From assembly GCA_020725175.1 (NCBI GenBank), contig DYFM01000007.1, positions 1,054-65,053 on the forward strand: a stretch of DNA of 64,000 nt. The letters are read 5' to 3'. The stretch is from Candidatus Paceibacter sp. (GTDB lineage: Bacteria; Patescibacteriota; Patescibacteriia; Magasanikbacterales; UBA922). The notes beneath the pieces were generated by a model, which saw nothing but the letters and a program-made list of their open reading frames with translations, searched no databases and was not told the origin of the DNA. Position numbers and translations under genes: made by a program. Below, piece after piece: positions 1-10,497 of this stretch. Each line of letters starts with the position of its first letter. The first letter of the stretch is position 1.

Positions 1-1
1 A

Positions 2-349
2 GATGATGCTGGGGTGTTTATGTATCGCTTTATCAGCAAACTCCGCATCGATGGTCAGGTGGAGCTCGTCCTTTTCAAGCAACGGCAAGATAATCGTAAA
101 GAAATTCTTGATGAACTCACTTTTCCGGAGGTTGAATTTTTGGGTATGGTACAGGAGATTCGTCAAAGTATTTGGCAACGTTATCCAGATGCTAGGATTG
201 AAGTCATGGATATGAATGACATTCCGGCGGATAAAGTCCATACAGTAAAAAATACGTTCTTCGGGCATGTTCGTCTGTATGTTTATTGGTTTTTGAGTCG
301 GGTTTCTTTGCTGTTGAGGCGTGTTTGGCGGTGGTTTCGTATAGATTGA
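2..349 (+). CDS. C-terminal fragment of a hypothetical protein. The reading frame is open to the window start, so the gene begins upstream.
   Basis: ORF frame has no stop between position 2 and 349. No recognisable motif. Confidence 0.3.
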   Translation, partial: DDAGVFMYRFISKLRIDGQVELVLFKQRQDNRKEILDELTFPEVEFLGMVQEIRQSIWQRYPDARIEVMDMNDIPADKVHTVKNTFFGHVRLYVYWFLSRVSLLLRRVWRWFRID

Positions 350-401
350 TCTTAGGTTGGAATGAATTCTCGGAAATTCAAAAAAATATAGTATACTTTT
401 T

Positions 402-998
402 ATGTCAAATTCAAAAGACACCGTGGAAAGACCTTACGGTCAAAAGAAATATACGCGAGACATAGGAAATTCTCCCGAACAGATCCATGGATTACTTTTT
501 GAAGTTTCAGTTGAACTCAGTAAAACTATTCCTGAAAAAGCATTGTGCGATAGAACGATAGGAGAGTTATTTGCCTTTAAGGAATATTTGCCACTAGTAC
601 AGCGGGGTGTGCCGGATGTGCGTGTTTTGGTTCCAGATGAAAAATTTTCACCACAGGAGAGAAGACTTTTGATGGATATTAGACGTGCTCGAGGGCATAA
701 TGAGGCTACACTGACCGGAGAGAGTGATATCTGTGAGCGTGAACATCAATTGCGGGAAAAAGAAGTTTCTCTCCGACAACAGCACCTGGTTGAACTAACA
801 AAATTATACCAAGCTCATTATGGGTTGAGTAATTTTGAGGCTCAACAGTGGATTCGCCGTCAGCCGTACACTATTTTTACTTTGAGAGGTTTGCCGGTGT
901 TTACGTTTATGATTTCTGCTGGAAGAGGTCCATTTGAAACTGATATATTGCAGTTGGAGGCTCGGGTACGAGAGAAGAGTAGGGAGTTTGGGGTGTGA
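402..998 (+). CDS. Hypothetical protein
   Basis: 198-aa ORF with ATG start. No recognised motif. Lies immediately upstream of the fic/hsd cluster. Confidence 0.4.
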   Translation: MSNSKDTVERPYGQKKYTRDIGNSPEQIHGLLFEVSVELSKTIPEKALCDRTIGELFAFKEYLPLVQRGVPDVRVLVPDEKFSPQERRLLMDIRRARGHNEATLTGESDICEREHQLREKEVSLRQQHLVELTKLYQAHYGLSNFEAQQWIRRQPYTIFTLRGLPVFTFMISAGRGPFETDILQLEARVREKSREFGV

Positions 999-1108
999 AC
1001 TATTTTATATATTGTTAAAAGAATAGCTTAATACTGTCTAAAATTAGTGTTTTTGTTCTTTTTCTCTTCTTTATACACAGAATATGCTATTGACATATTC
1101 TAATTTAA

Positions 1109-2281
1109 ATGGTTTACTTTGAATATAAATTGTTATATTCAAATATGAAATCCTCTGAATTTGTGGCTGGAAGCTATAAACAGCAGTACCAGTATAAGAG
1201 TTTTTTGCCCACACTCATCAACAAGCCATTTATTTGGAAAGATCAGCGCATTGATCTATTGTTGTCTGAGGCTATGCGGTATCTTGGTGAACTCAATGCC
1301 TACTCACAGTTGATACCTGATGTGGATTTTTTTATCAAAATGCATGTGGCAAAAGAAGCAAATGTTTCAAGTAAAATAGAAGGCACCAAGACGGAACTGG
1401 ATGAAGCATTTATGAAAGAAGAAGAAATTGATCCCGAACGACGTGATGATTGGGAAGAGGTTCAGCAATATGTCAAGGCAATCAATTATTCCGTTGCTGA
1501 GCTTGCACATCTCCCCTTATCAATACGTCTCATAAAAAACGCACATAATATTCTTCTGTCCGGTGTACGAGGATATAGTAAGCAACCTGGTGAAATTCGC
1601 ACTAGTCAAAATTGGATCGGCGGAGCGTCTTTGCAAGATGCGTATTATATTCCACCGCATTATAATGATCTTCCCGATCTTCTCACAGATTTGGAAAAAT
1701 TTTGGCATAATCAAGAACTGCAAATTCCAGCTCTCATAAAAATTGCCTTGGGTCATTATCAGTTTGAGACGATCCATCCATTTTTGGATGGGAATGGTCG
1801 TATTGGTCGTCTGATAATTACTTTGCATCTCGTATCTCTTGGTTTTCTCAAAAAACCATGCTTGTATTTGTCCGACTATTTTGAAAAAAACCGAAGAGAT
1901 TATTATGATGCGCTTGACAGACCACGACAAAATAATGATATTGAGCATTGGATCCGTTTCTTTTTGAACGGAGTTTTGGAGACCGCGAAACAAGGGACAG
2001 AGACCTTTGAAAAGATTATTGATCTGCGACAAGAGTACGAACAAGCGATTGATGGTGGTGTTGGTTTGCGACGACAAAAGAATGCAAAACGGTTGTTACT
2101 TGAATTGTTTTCAGATCCGGTAGTTACTGTAAAAGATATTGAGGAGAAACTATCGTGTAGCTTCCAGACTGCTAGTGTCCTTGCGGCTGATCTTGAACAG
2201 ATTGGATTGTTTTCAGAAAAAACCGGGTATTCTCGGAATCGTATTTTTGTATTGCATAAGTATCTTGATCTCTTTAAATAA
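1109..2281 (+). CDS. fic: Fic family protein (AMPylator-type Fido domain)
   Basis: Canonical Fic motif [12 protein letters not shown] (HxFx[DE]GNGRxxR). An upstream SSKIEG matches the inhibitory [ST]xxxE[GN] helix motif. Stop lies 7 nt before the hsdM start. Confidence 0.85.
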   Translation: MVYFEYKLLYSNMKSSEFVAGSYKQQYQYKSFLPTLINKPFIWKDQRIDLLLSEAMRYLGELNAYSQLIPDVDFFIKMHVAKEANVSSKIEGTKTELDEAFMKEEEIDPERRDDWEEVQQYVKAINYSVAELAHLPLSIRLIKNAHNILLSGVRGYSKQPGEIRTSQNWIGGASLQDAYYIPPHYNDLPDLLTDLEKFWHNQELQIPALIKIALGHYQFETIHPFLDGNGRIGRLIITLHLVSLGFLKKPCLYLSDYFEKNRRDYYDALDRPRQNNDIEHWIRFFLNGVLETAKQGTETFEKIIDLRQEYEQAIDGGVGLRRQKNAKRLLLELFSDPVVTVKDIEEKLSCSFQTASVLAADLEQIGLFSEKTGYSRNRIFVLHKYLDLFK

Positions 2282-2287
2282 TAATAT

Positions 2288-4303
2288 ATGACAAACTTTA
2301 GCGAAAAAACCTCCCTGATTTGGTCAATTGCAGATTTGCTTCGTGGTGGATGGAAACAACATGAGTATCAAGATGTAATACTTCCATTGGTTGTACTCAA
2401 ACGGCTTGATGATGTACTCAAAGACACAAAACAAGATGTGTTATCTCGATACAATTCTCTGCAAGGACAAGTTGATGTGGATCCAATCCTCAAAAAAACA
2501 AGTAAGGTTGGTTTTTATAACATTTCTGAATACGATTTTGATAAGCTTCTCGACGCACCAAATGATGTAGCAAAAAATCTCCGTCACTACATGAATAGCT
2601 TTAGTAGAAATGTTGAAGAGATCATTGAAAAATTTGATTTTGAAAATCAGCTCTCACGTCTTGAAGGTGGGAATCTTCTTTATCTCATTATCAAAGAACT
2701 CAACAAAGTAAACTTGCATCCAAGTGCAGTAAGCAATCACGAGATGGGTTACATTTTTGAAGAGCTTATCCGAAAGTTTGCAGAAATGAGCAACGAGACT
2801 GCGGGAGAGCACTACACGCCCCGTGAAGTAATACAAATGATGGTGGAGGTATTGTTTACTCCTGATAAAAACAAGCTGAAGCAAGAACATATCATCAAAA
2901 CGGTATACGACCCATGTTGCGGTACGGGAGGTATGTTGACGGTTTCAAAAGATCATATCATCAACACTATCAATAAAGACGCGAGCATTTACCTCTACGG
3001 TCAAGAGCTCAACTCCACTACTTACGCCATATGCAACGCAGATATGCTGATCAAGGGTGAAGACCCCGACAAAATAAAAGGTGGAGAAAAAGACCACTCT
3101 GTGGCAAGTACACTTTCAAATGATCAATTTGAAGGGCAAGCATTCGATTACCTCCTCACGAATCCTCCGTTCGGAGTCGAATGGAAAAAAGACAAAGAAG
3201 CCGTAGAACGCGAAGCCGAGCGTGGCTTTGCCGGACGTTTTGGTGCCGGACTGCCGAGAATTTCCGATGGGCAACTCTTGTTTTTACAACATCTCATCTC
3301 AAAAATGAAAAATCCGATTGATGGAGGTAGTCGTCTTGGTATTGTCATGAATGGTTCTCCCCTCTTTACCGGCAATGCTGGTGGTGGTGAAAGTGAAATC
3401 CGCCGGTGGGTGCTTGAAAACGACATGCTCGAGGCTATTATCGCGCTCCCTGATCAACTCTTTTACAACACCGGCATTTATACTTATGTTTGGCTACTGT
3501 CAAACAACAAATCAAAAGAACGAGAAGGAAAGGTACAACTCATCGACGCACGCACATTCTACAAAAAAATGCGCAAATCACTCGGCAACAAGCGCCATGA
3601 AATTTCTGATGAAGACAAAAACAAGATTCTCAAACTCTACGAAGCGTTTGAAGAAAATGAACACTGCAAAATCTTTCCAACAGAGCACTTTGGTTACCGA
3701 CAAATTACTATCGACAGACCGCTTCGACTTAATTTTCAAGTTTCTCCTGAACGCATTGAAGCGCTCAAGCTTGAATCACAATTCACCAAACTCACAGAAA
3801 GTAAAAACGCCAAGAAAATTGAAGAAGGACAAGCGTTGCAACAATCTATCCTCGTTACACTCACTACGTTTGACAGTACGCTGTACAAAAATCGTGACGC
3901 GTTCATGAAAGTTTTTGATGAGAAGTTCAAAGCAATCAAGCTGTCCGTACCGCTCAAAAAAGCAATATTGAACGCGCTTTCTGAACAAGACGAGACGGCT
4001 GACATCTGCACCGACAGCAAAGGCAATCCAGAGGCAGATAGCAATTTGCGTGATACAGAAAATGTCCCACTTGGTGAAGACATCTATAAATACTTTGATC
4101 GTGAAGTGAAACCGTATGTGTCAGATGCATGGATTGATGAAAAGAAAAAAGATGCGAAAGATGGCAAGGTTGGTATTGTCGGGTATGAAATTCCACTGAC
4201 GCGATATTTTTATACATATGAACCACCACGAGCGCTCGAGGAGATTGAAAGTGAGATTGAAGAGGTGGAGAATGAGTTGCTTACCCTGTTAAAAAGTCTA
4301 TAA
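2288..4303 (+). CDS. hsdM: Type I restriction-modification system DNA methyltransferase subunit HsdM
   Basis: N6-adenine methyltransferase motif I (DPCCGTGGML) and motif IV (LLTNPPFG). 671 aa is typical of HsdM. Followed directly by hsdS. Confidence 0.9.
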   Translation: MTNFSEKTSLIWSIADLLRGGWKQHEYQDVILPLVVLKRLDDVLKDTKQDVLSRYNSLQGQVDVDPILKKTSKVGFYNISEYDFDKLLDAPNDVAKNLRHYMNSFSRNVEEIIEKFDFENQLSRLEGGNLLYLIIKELNKVNLHPSAVSNHEMGYIFEELIRKFAEMSNETAGEHYTPREVIQMMVEVLFTPDKNKLKQEHIIKTVYDPCCGTGGMLTVSKDHIINTINKDASIYLYGQELNSTTYAICNADMLIKGEDPDKIKGGEKDHSVASTLSNDQFEGQAFDYLLTNPPFGVEWKKDKEAVEREAERGFAGRFGAGLPRISDGQLLFLQHLISKMKNPIDGGSRLGIVMNGSPLFTGNAGGGESEIRRWVLENDMLEAIIALPDQLFYNTGIYTYVWLLSNNKSKEREGKVQLIDARTFYKKMRKSLGNKRHEISDEDKNKILKLYEAFEENEHCKIFPTEHFGYRQITIDRPLRLNFQVSPERIEALKLESQFTKLTESKNAKKIEEGQALQQSILVTLTTFDSTLYKNRDAFMKVFDEKFKAIKLSVPLKKAILNALSEQDETADICTDSKGNPEADSNLRDTENVPLGEDIYKYFDREVKPYVSDAWIDEKKKDAKDGKVGIVGYEIPLTRYFYTYEPPRALEEIESEIEEVENELLTLLKSL

Positions 4304-4307
4304 GCAT

Positions 4308-5570
4308 ATGAGTTTGAAATTAACCAAAACCTACACCCCCTACGACCGCTATACCGATAGTGGTGTTGCTTGGCTTGGGCAGGTGCCAGAGGGGTGGGAG
4401 GTTTTAAAGTTGAAATCAGTAGTTAACATTTTAAATGGTGCAACTCCAAAAAGTGACAGCCTCGAATATTGGGATGGGGATATCAATTGGGTTACTCCTG
4501 TAGATTTAAGTAAGCTGAAATCAAAATATATAACTGATACTCTTAGAAAGATCACAAAACAAGGATATTTATCCTGTGGAACAAAGATAATTCCGCAAGG
4601 TAATATTATAATGTCTTGCAGGGCCCCAATTGGTTTATTGGCAATAAACAGTGTAGACAGTACCACAAACCAAGGCTGTAAGGGGCTTGTGATAAGAAAA
4701 AAAACTAATACAGAATATTTGTACTATTTACTTTCTTCACTAATTCCAGTTATTCAGTTTCATGGCAATGGAAGTACTTTTTCAGAGATAAAAAATAATG
4801 ATCTAGGATCAATTGTTATTTCGCTTCCACCCCTCCCTACCCAACAACGCATCGCCACCTATCTCGATGAAAAGACTGAAAAAATTGACAGGATTATTGA
4901 TAGTAAAAAAAGGTTGGTGGAGTTATTGGAGGAGAAGAGAAAGAGTGTGATTAGTGAGGCGGTGGAAAGTGTTAGTGATGTGAAACGGGAGAAGTTGAAG
5001 TTTGTGTGTTCTATAAATATAGAAACGTTACCAGAAACTACTTATCCTGATTTATCTATTAATTACATTGATATAGGAAATGTAAATAATAAAGGTAAAA
5101 TTATAGATAAAGAGATTGTCAACTTTTCAGATGCTCCTTCTCGTGCGAGACGTATTGTACAAAATGATGATGTTATTATCGCTACGGTACGTACATACCT
5201 AAAAGCAATAGCATATTTTGAAAATCCAGAAGATAATACTATCGTATCTACAGGTTTTGCTGTACTTACTCCCACAAAGAAAGTGCTTGGAAAATATCTT
5301 TACTACAAAATACTATCAAAAAGATTTGTTGACTTGGTTGTAGCTCATTCTACTGGCGTTAGTTATCCAGCAATCAATCCTACGCAATTGGGAAATTTGT
5401 TTTTAGAATATCCGTCCATTGAAAGACAGAAACAAATTGTTGCTGAAACTGATAAAAAAATTCAGGAAATAGAAAAGGTAATCAAAAAAGTAAAACAATC
5501 AATCAAATTATTAACAGAATATAAATCTTCTCTGATCTCGCATGTGGTGACGGGGAGGGTGAGGGTGTAG
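4308..5570 (+). CDS. hsdS: Type I restriction-modification system specificity subunit HsdS
   Basis: 420 aa. Position between hsdM and hsdR. N-terminal W..LG..v..GW and central coiled-coil spacer (LDEKTEKIDRII..LLEEKRKS) are typical of S subunits with two target-recognition domains. Confidence 0.7.
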   Translation: MSLKLTKTYTPYDRYTDSGVAWLGQVPEGWEVLKLKSVVNILNGATPKSDSLEYWDGDINWVTPVDLSKLKSKYITDTLRKITKQGYLSCGTKIIPQGNIIMSCRAPIGLLAINSVDSTTNQGCKGLVIRKKTNTEYLYYLLSSLIPVIQFHGNGSTFSEIKNNDLGSIVISLPPLPTQQRIATYLDEKTEKIDRIIDSKKRLVELLEEKRKSVISEAVESVSDVKREKLKFVCSINIETLPETTYPDLSINYIDIGNVNNKGKIIDKEIVNFSDAPSRARRIVQNDDVIIATVRTYLKAIAYFENPEDNTIVSTGFAVLTPTKKVLGKYLYYKILSKRFVDLVVAHSTGVSYPAINPTQLGNLFLEYPSIERQKQIVAETDKKIQEIEKVIKKVKQSIKLLTEYKSSLISHVVTGRVRV

Positions 5571-5571
5571 T

Positions 5572-6654
5572 ATGAAATATATATTCATAGACAGCAATCA
5601 ATATAGACATCTTTTTTCTATAAATCAACAGTTCTCAGATGACCTTGTTGAACTTTTATGTAAATTGGCTAATAACGAGCAAATCCAAATTTTGATGCCA
5701 CAGCAAACAAAAGATGAAATTACAAGAAACCGCTGGTGTGATTGGCATTACTCAGAAATAAAAACTCTCGAATCTAAGATAAATGGCTACGAAAAAAAAC
5801 TGGAGGATCTGCAAAAAAATTATCAAGAGTTTGAGTCAGATTATAAAAAACTTAAAAAAGCTATCCAATCGAGAAAGTCAGCTTTTGAAAAGGAAAAGTC
5901 TAAATTAAAAACAAAATTTCTCAGTAAGAGAAGTAGGCAGAATCAAAATTTGAAAAAACTGTTTGAAGCATGCACACACATTCCTGAAAATGAATCACTT
6001 TATGAAAAGGCTCGTTTAAGATTTGATAAAGGTAACCCTCCGTATGACAGTAAAATTGGCGACTCACTCATATGGGAGTCTATTTTGGAACATATAAATA
6101 CTAACTCGACTAATAGACCGACCTTGCTTCTAATTGTGTCTAATGACAAAAAAGCATTTGGGGATGGCAGCATAGATCCGTGGCTAGAAGAAGAATTTAA
6201 GGACAAAACAAAAGGTAAAGACATTACGTTAGTACATAGGTTGTCTGATATACCTGAGTTTACAAAAGAAGAAAAAGATAAAATAGAACTTGAAGAGTTG
6301 GAGAGTATTAAAATGACTGCGGTTGAAGAATTTTGCAATAGTGAAAGTTTTGTATCTGCTGGTGATAATGCTAAACGTCTTTTAGATATACAAAATTTAC
6401 TAACGACCGATGATTTTAAGAAAATATTAGAAGCCAGTACAACAAATCATGAAATTTATCGTTCTTTTTTTACATCTACACCACTATACATGCTACTGTT
6501 TGATGAAACAGGATATCTAAGAAAAGAAATACAAGAAATTGAACAAAGTCTCTGGGAGAATTTCTGTGAAAAATTTGGTTTTCAAATTAGTGAGAGACCC
6601 ATAAAGTCTAAGATAGAAAATACGAACATAACAATTAATGATATACCATTTTAA
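5572..6654 (+). CDS. PIN-like domain protein with a coiled-coil insertion, embedded in the type I RM operon. Candidate latent RNase / abortive-infection effector.
   Basis: N-terminal YIFIDSN (PIN first acidic residue), later IGDSLIWESI and LLLIVSNDKKAF resembling the 3rd and 4th PIN acidic motifs, with a ~80-aa Lys/Glu-rich coiled coil between them. Starts 2 nt after the hsdS stop and ends 1 nt before the hsdR ATG. Confidence 0.5.
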   Translation: MKYIFIDSNQYRHLFSINQQFSDDLVELLCKLANNEQIQILMPQQTKDEITRNRWCDWHYSEIKTLESKINGYEKKLEDLQKNYQEFESDYKKLKKAIQSRKSAFEKEKSKLKTKFLSKRSRQNQNLKKLFEACTHIPENESLYEKARLRFDKGNPPYDSKIGDSLIWESILEHINTNSTNRPTLLLIVSNDKKAFGDGSIDPWLEEEFKDKTKGKDITLVHRLSDIPEFTKEEKDKIELEELESIKMTAVEEFCNSESFVSAGDNAKRLLDIQNLLTTDDFKKILEASTTNHEIYRSFFTSTPLYMLLFDETGYLRKEIQEIEQSLWENFCEKFGFQISERPIKSKIENTNITINDIPF

Positions 6655-6655
6655 T

Positions 6656-9634
6656 ATGCCAACAAACCTAAAAGAATCCGGCTTTGAAGAGTCAATCGAA
6701 CAATACCTCGCCGAACAAAACGGCTACCGTACCCGCAAACCTGCAGAGTACGACAAACAGCTCTGCATGGACACCGAGCTCATGCTTGAGTTTATTAAAT
6801 CTACCCAACCAAACGCTTGGGAAAAACTGGCAGAAAAACATGGCGATGCAGTAGATCAAAAAGTCCAGGCACGCATTGATGAAGAGATCAGCAGCCAAGG
6901 CGTGCTTGCGGTACTCCGAAACGGTGTCAAAGATCGTGGTATCAAACTCGACCTCGCCTACTTCCGCCCAGCTAGCAGCATGAACCCCGAAACACTCGAA
7001 CTGTACAATAGCAATATCCTCAGCGTCATGCGCCAAGTCAAATATAGTGAGGACAATGAAAACAGTATTGATATGGTGCTGTTCCTGAATGGCCTTCCTA
7101 TCTTTACGACTGAGCTCAAAAACCAGCTCACCGGACAAACAGTACAAAATGCGATTCGTCAGTATCGCAGCGATCGCGATGCAAAAGAAAAGCTCCTCAG
7201 CTTCAAACGATGCCTCGTGCATTTTGCGATTGATACCGACCTCGTCTACATGACGACGCGCCTTGCGGGCAATAGCACCTACTTCCTCCCCTTCAACCGC
7301 GGAGAACACGGATCCGCAGGAAACCCGACCAATCCGAATGGCTACAAGACCGCGTATATGTGGGAGCAGATCTGGAGCAAAGATACGGTGCTCGAGCTCA
7401 TTGGAAACTTCATCTGCCTGACCGTAGAAGAAAAAGTAAACGCAAAGGGTAAAAAGTACAAAGAAGAAAAACTCATCTTCCCTCGCTATCACCAGCTCGA
7501 TACCGTGCGTCGCATTGTTGCCGATGCAAAGGAAGTTGGGGCTGGGAAAAATTATCTTATTCAACACAGTGCCGGATCTGGAAAGTCTAATACTATTGCA
7601 TGGATTGCGCATCATTTATCAAGTTTGCATGATGCTGACGATAAAAAGGTGTTTGATAGTGTGATTGTTGTAACCGATCGGCGTGTCCTGGATAAAATGT
7701 TGCAAGACATTATTAAGCAATTTGAAAAAACAAGGGGTGTTGTTAAGGCCATTGATGAAAATTCGCAACAGCTAAAGATAGCCTTGGAGAGTGGAGAAAA
7801 AATTATTATTACCACCATTCACAAATTTGGAGTAATTGATGAGGTTGTTGGTAGTCTTCCGGGTAAAAACTTTGCCGTGATTATCGACGAGGCGCACTCT
7901 TCTCAAAGCGGTGAAGCATCAAAGAGTCTGCGAGATGTACTGATGATAGATAGCAAAGATGAAGAAAAACAACTTGAAGAAGCAATAAAAGAAGACAAAG
8001 AAACAGAAGAGTCGCCGGAAGAATTTATCTTGCGACAAATGAAGGCGCGCAAAGCGAAGACAGATAACATTAGCTTCTTTGCCTTTACTGCAACACCAAA
8101 ACAAAAAACACTCGAAGTATTTGGCACACAAAGTCCACTGGATGGAAAGTTCTATCCATTTTCGCTCTACTCCATGAAGCAGGCTATCGAAGAAAAGTTT
8201 ATTCTCGATGTGCTAAAAAATTATACACCATACAAGGTACACTTTGCCTTGCTCAAAAAAGTGGAAGACGATCCGGAGTTCAAGAAAAAGAAAGCGCAAC
8301 AGTTGTTACTCCAATATGTTGAACGCCACGAACATGCGATTGGGAAAAAAGTAGAAACCATGGTGGATCACTTTGATAAGTTCATTGCACAAAAATTAAA
8401 TGGAAAGGCAAAAGCCATGATTGTAACCAAATCTCGCCTGCATGCGGTGCGGTACAAACAAGCATTTGATAGTTATTTGAAAGAAAAAGGCCTTGAGTAC
8501 AAAGCAATGGTCGCTTTTTCTGGTACAGTAAAAGATGCAGGGGCAGAATACACTGAAGGGGGTATGAATGGTGTATCAGAAAAAAGTACGGCTGAAGAGT
8601 TTAAGAAAGATGCATATAAATTCATGATTGTAGCAGAGAAGTTTCAGACTGGTTTTGACCAGCCACTCCTCTCTGTGATGTATGTAGATAAAAAGTTGAG
8701 TGGTGTGAATGCAGTACAGACACTCAGCCGACTGAATAGAAGTGCATCAGGCAAAGAAGAAGTCTATGTACTTGACTTTGTAAATGATACGGATGATATT
8801 ATCAAAGCGTTTCAACCATACTATACGACGACGGTTTTATCGGAAGAAACTGATCCAAATGTTCTGCATAACTTGGAACGAGATGTACTGAAATTTAAGT
8901 TGTTTGGTTCTGATGAAGTGGATCACTTTGTTGAGGCATTTTTTAAAAATGCCAAGCCGGATAGCTTAAATAGTATGATAGATGGGTATGTCAATCGGTT
9001 TTTACAAACAACCGAAGAAGAGCAGAATGATTTTCGTGAGGTCTTGACTGATTATATTCGTAAGTATGCCTTTATTTCACAGATTATCGATTTTGAAGAT
9101 ACCGATCTTGAGAAGTTGTATGTATTTGGAAAGTATTTGAAAAGGAAGTTACCAATCAGAAAAGAGTCGCTACCAACAGAAGTTCTTGAAAGTGTAGATA
9201 TGGATTCTTATAAGTTGGTTAAAAAAGAGACCCAGGCACTGCTTCTTGAGGATGAAGATGGAACGATTGAACCGATCTCAAAAGGGTCTGCGGGAAATTT
9301 TGAAGATGAGTATGAGAATCTGTCGAGTATTATCAAAGATGTGAATGATAAATTTGGCACGGATTTTTCACAGGAAGATCGGGTTATATTGAATAGCTTG
9401 AGTCTGAGGTTGCTTGAAGATTCTTCTGTTGCTGGTGCAATTCAAAATAATACGCGAAGTGCAGCAAAAATTAAGTTTGATGATGTTTTCAATGATGAGC
9501 TGGTAAATATGGTCAATAATCATTTTGACTTATATAAGAAGTTGGATAAAAATAAAGATGCTAAAGAGTATGTGCGAAGTCGGATTTTTAACTTTTTGTT
9601 GCGGAAGGTGGGGAAGAAAGAAAAAGTTAAGTAG
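6656..9634 (+). CDS. hsdR: Type I restriction enzyme R subunit HsdR
   Basis: Walker A HSAGSGKSNTIAW, DEAH-box VIIDEAHSSQSG, SF2 helicase C-terminal motifs, ~990 aa. Start taken at the ATG 1 nt after the upstream stop; an in-frame alternative start exists at 6638. Confidence 0.9.
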   Translation: MPTNLKESGFEESIEQYLAEQNGYRTRKPAEYDKQLCMDTELMLEFIKSTQPNAWEKLAEKHGDAVDQKVQARIDEEISSQGVLAVLRNGVKDRGIKLDLAYFRPASSMNPETLELYNSNILSVMRQVKYSEDNENSIDMVLFLNGLPIFTTELKNQLTGQTVQNAIRQYRSDRDAKEKLLSFKRCLVHFAIDTDLVYMTTRLAGNSTYFLPFNRGEHGSAGNPTNPNGYKTAYMWEQIWSKDTVLELIGNFICLTVEEKVNAKGKKYKEEKLIFPRYHQLDTVRRIVADAKEVGAGKNYLIQHSAGSGKSNTIAWIAHHLSSLHDADDKKVFDSVIVVTDRRVLDKMLQDIIKQFEKTRGVVKAIDENSQQLKIALESGEKIIITTIHKFGVIDEVVGSLPGKNFAVIIDEAHSSQSGEASKSLRDVLMIDSKDEEKQLEEAIKEDKETEESPEEFILRQMKARKAKTDNISFFAFTATPKQKTLEVFGTQSPLDGKFYPFSLYSMKQAIEEKFILDVLKNYTPYKVHFALLKKVEDDPEFKKKKAQQLLLQYVERHEHAIGKKVETMVDHFDKFIAQKLNGKAKAMIVTKSRLHAVRYKQAFDSYLKEKGLEYKAMVAFSGTVKDAGAEYTEGGMNGVSEKSTAEEFKKDAYKFMIVAEKFQTGFDQPLLSVMYVDKKLSGVNAVQTLSRLNRSASGKEEVYVLDFVNDTDDIIKAFQPYYTTTVLSEETDPNVLHNLERDVLKFKLFGSDEVDHFVEAFFKNAKPDSLNSMIDGYVNRFLQTTEEEQNDFREVLTDYIRKYAFISQIIDFEDTDLEKLYVFGKYLKRKLPIRKESLPTEVLESVDMDSYKLVKKETQALLLEDEDGTIEPISKGSAGNFEDEYENLSSIIKDVNDKFGTDFSQEDRVILNSLSLRLLEDSSVAGAIQNNTRSAAKIKFDDVFNDELVNMVNNHFDLYKKLDKNKDAKEYVRSRIFNFLLRKVGKKEKVK

Positions 9635-9648
9635 GTAGGTAGACTTTT

Positions 9649-10386
9649 ATGAACACCTTTAAACAATCAGCAATTGAAATATTGAAAAAGACAGGAACGC
9701 CTTTGCATTATACCGAAATCACCCGGTTGGCTTTGGAATCAGGCATACTGGAAACCGAAGGCGCGACGCCGGAAGCAACGATGAGCGCCCAAATTGTAGT
9801 GGATATCAAGAACAAAGGCGAGGGCTCGAGTTTTGTGAGGACCGCGCCTGGAACTTTTGCGCTCAATCCAAACAAGAAAGAAATCAAAGAAACACCAAAA
9901 ATTATTGAAGCAGAAAAAGAGGAAGAAGAAAAAATTGTTATTGCCGGAGGATTTACCGGAAAAGCCGGTGAGCATCTTGTTTGCTCGGAACTTCTTTTTC
10001 GTGGTTTCAACGCCAGTATCATGAGTGTAGATGTGGGGATGGACATTGTGGCGGTCAAAGAAAATCAATTGTTTGGTATACAGGTCAAAACTTCAAATCT
10101 CAATCGTTTTGATACGTATGTTTTTGATATTCGCAAAGTATCTTTTGAACGCCACAGTAACGGAAATATTTATTACATTTTTGTTTTGCACGGCGAGAAG
10201 AAAAACAATTTTTTGATTTTGCCATTTCACGAAGTTGAAAAGAAGGTTCACGAAAAAGCAATTTTGGAGGTTGGATATGGCAAACGCTATCGGGTAAATA
10301 TAAAATTTAGAGATGAAAAGGTATATCTTGGAAATATGGAACACGAAATGGGCTATTTTCTGAATAATTGGGGTTTAATAAAATAA
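9649..10386 (+). CDS. HARE-HTH domain fused to a PD-(D/E)xK restriction-endonuclease-like domain (Mrr-like architecture)
   Basis: N-terminus AIEILKKTGTPLHYTEITRLALESG...FVRTAPGTFAL fits the HARE-HTH pattern. C-terminus GEHLVCSELL...VGMDIVAV...IQVKT fits the E...D...(E/Q)xK nuclease core. Confidence 0.6.
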   Translation: MNTFKQSAIEILKKTGTPLHYTEITRLALESGILETEGATPEATMSAQIVVDIKNKGEGSSFVRTAPGTFALNPNKKEIKETPKIIEAEKEEEEKIVIAGGFTGKAGEHLVCSELLFRGFNASIMSVDVGMDIVAVKENQLFGIQVKTSNLNRFDTYVFDIRKVSFERHSNGNIYYIFVLHGEKKNNFLILPFHEVEKKVHEKAILEVGYGKRYRVNIKFRDEKVYLGNMEHEMGYFLNNWGLIK

Positions 10387-10497
10387 TGTTCTCGTTTATA
10401 ATAAGTGAAAGAGTGCTTGGCTACTGTACCATTCGTTAAAATATTTATGTGTAATATTTTTTGGTCATCAAGCATTAAGAAACATTTAAAAGGCCGT

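Noticed and set aside
1520-2077. 185-aa antisense ORF inside fic
   Set aside because: The opposite-strand Fic frame has the canonical HPFxxGNGR motif. The antisense ORF is low-complexity Ile/Asn-rich.
6692-7615. 307-aa antisense ORF inside hsdR
   Set aside because: It lies entirely within the hsdR coding region, whose own frame carries clear helicase motifs. It has no motifs and a Phe/Leu-rich antisense-like composition.
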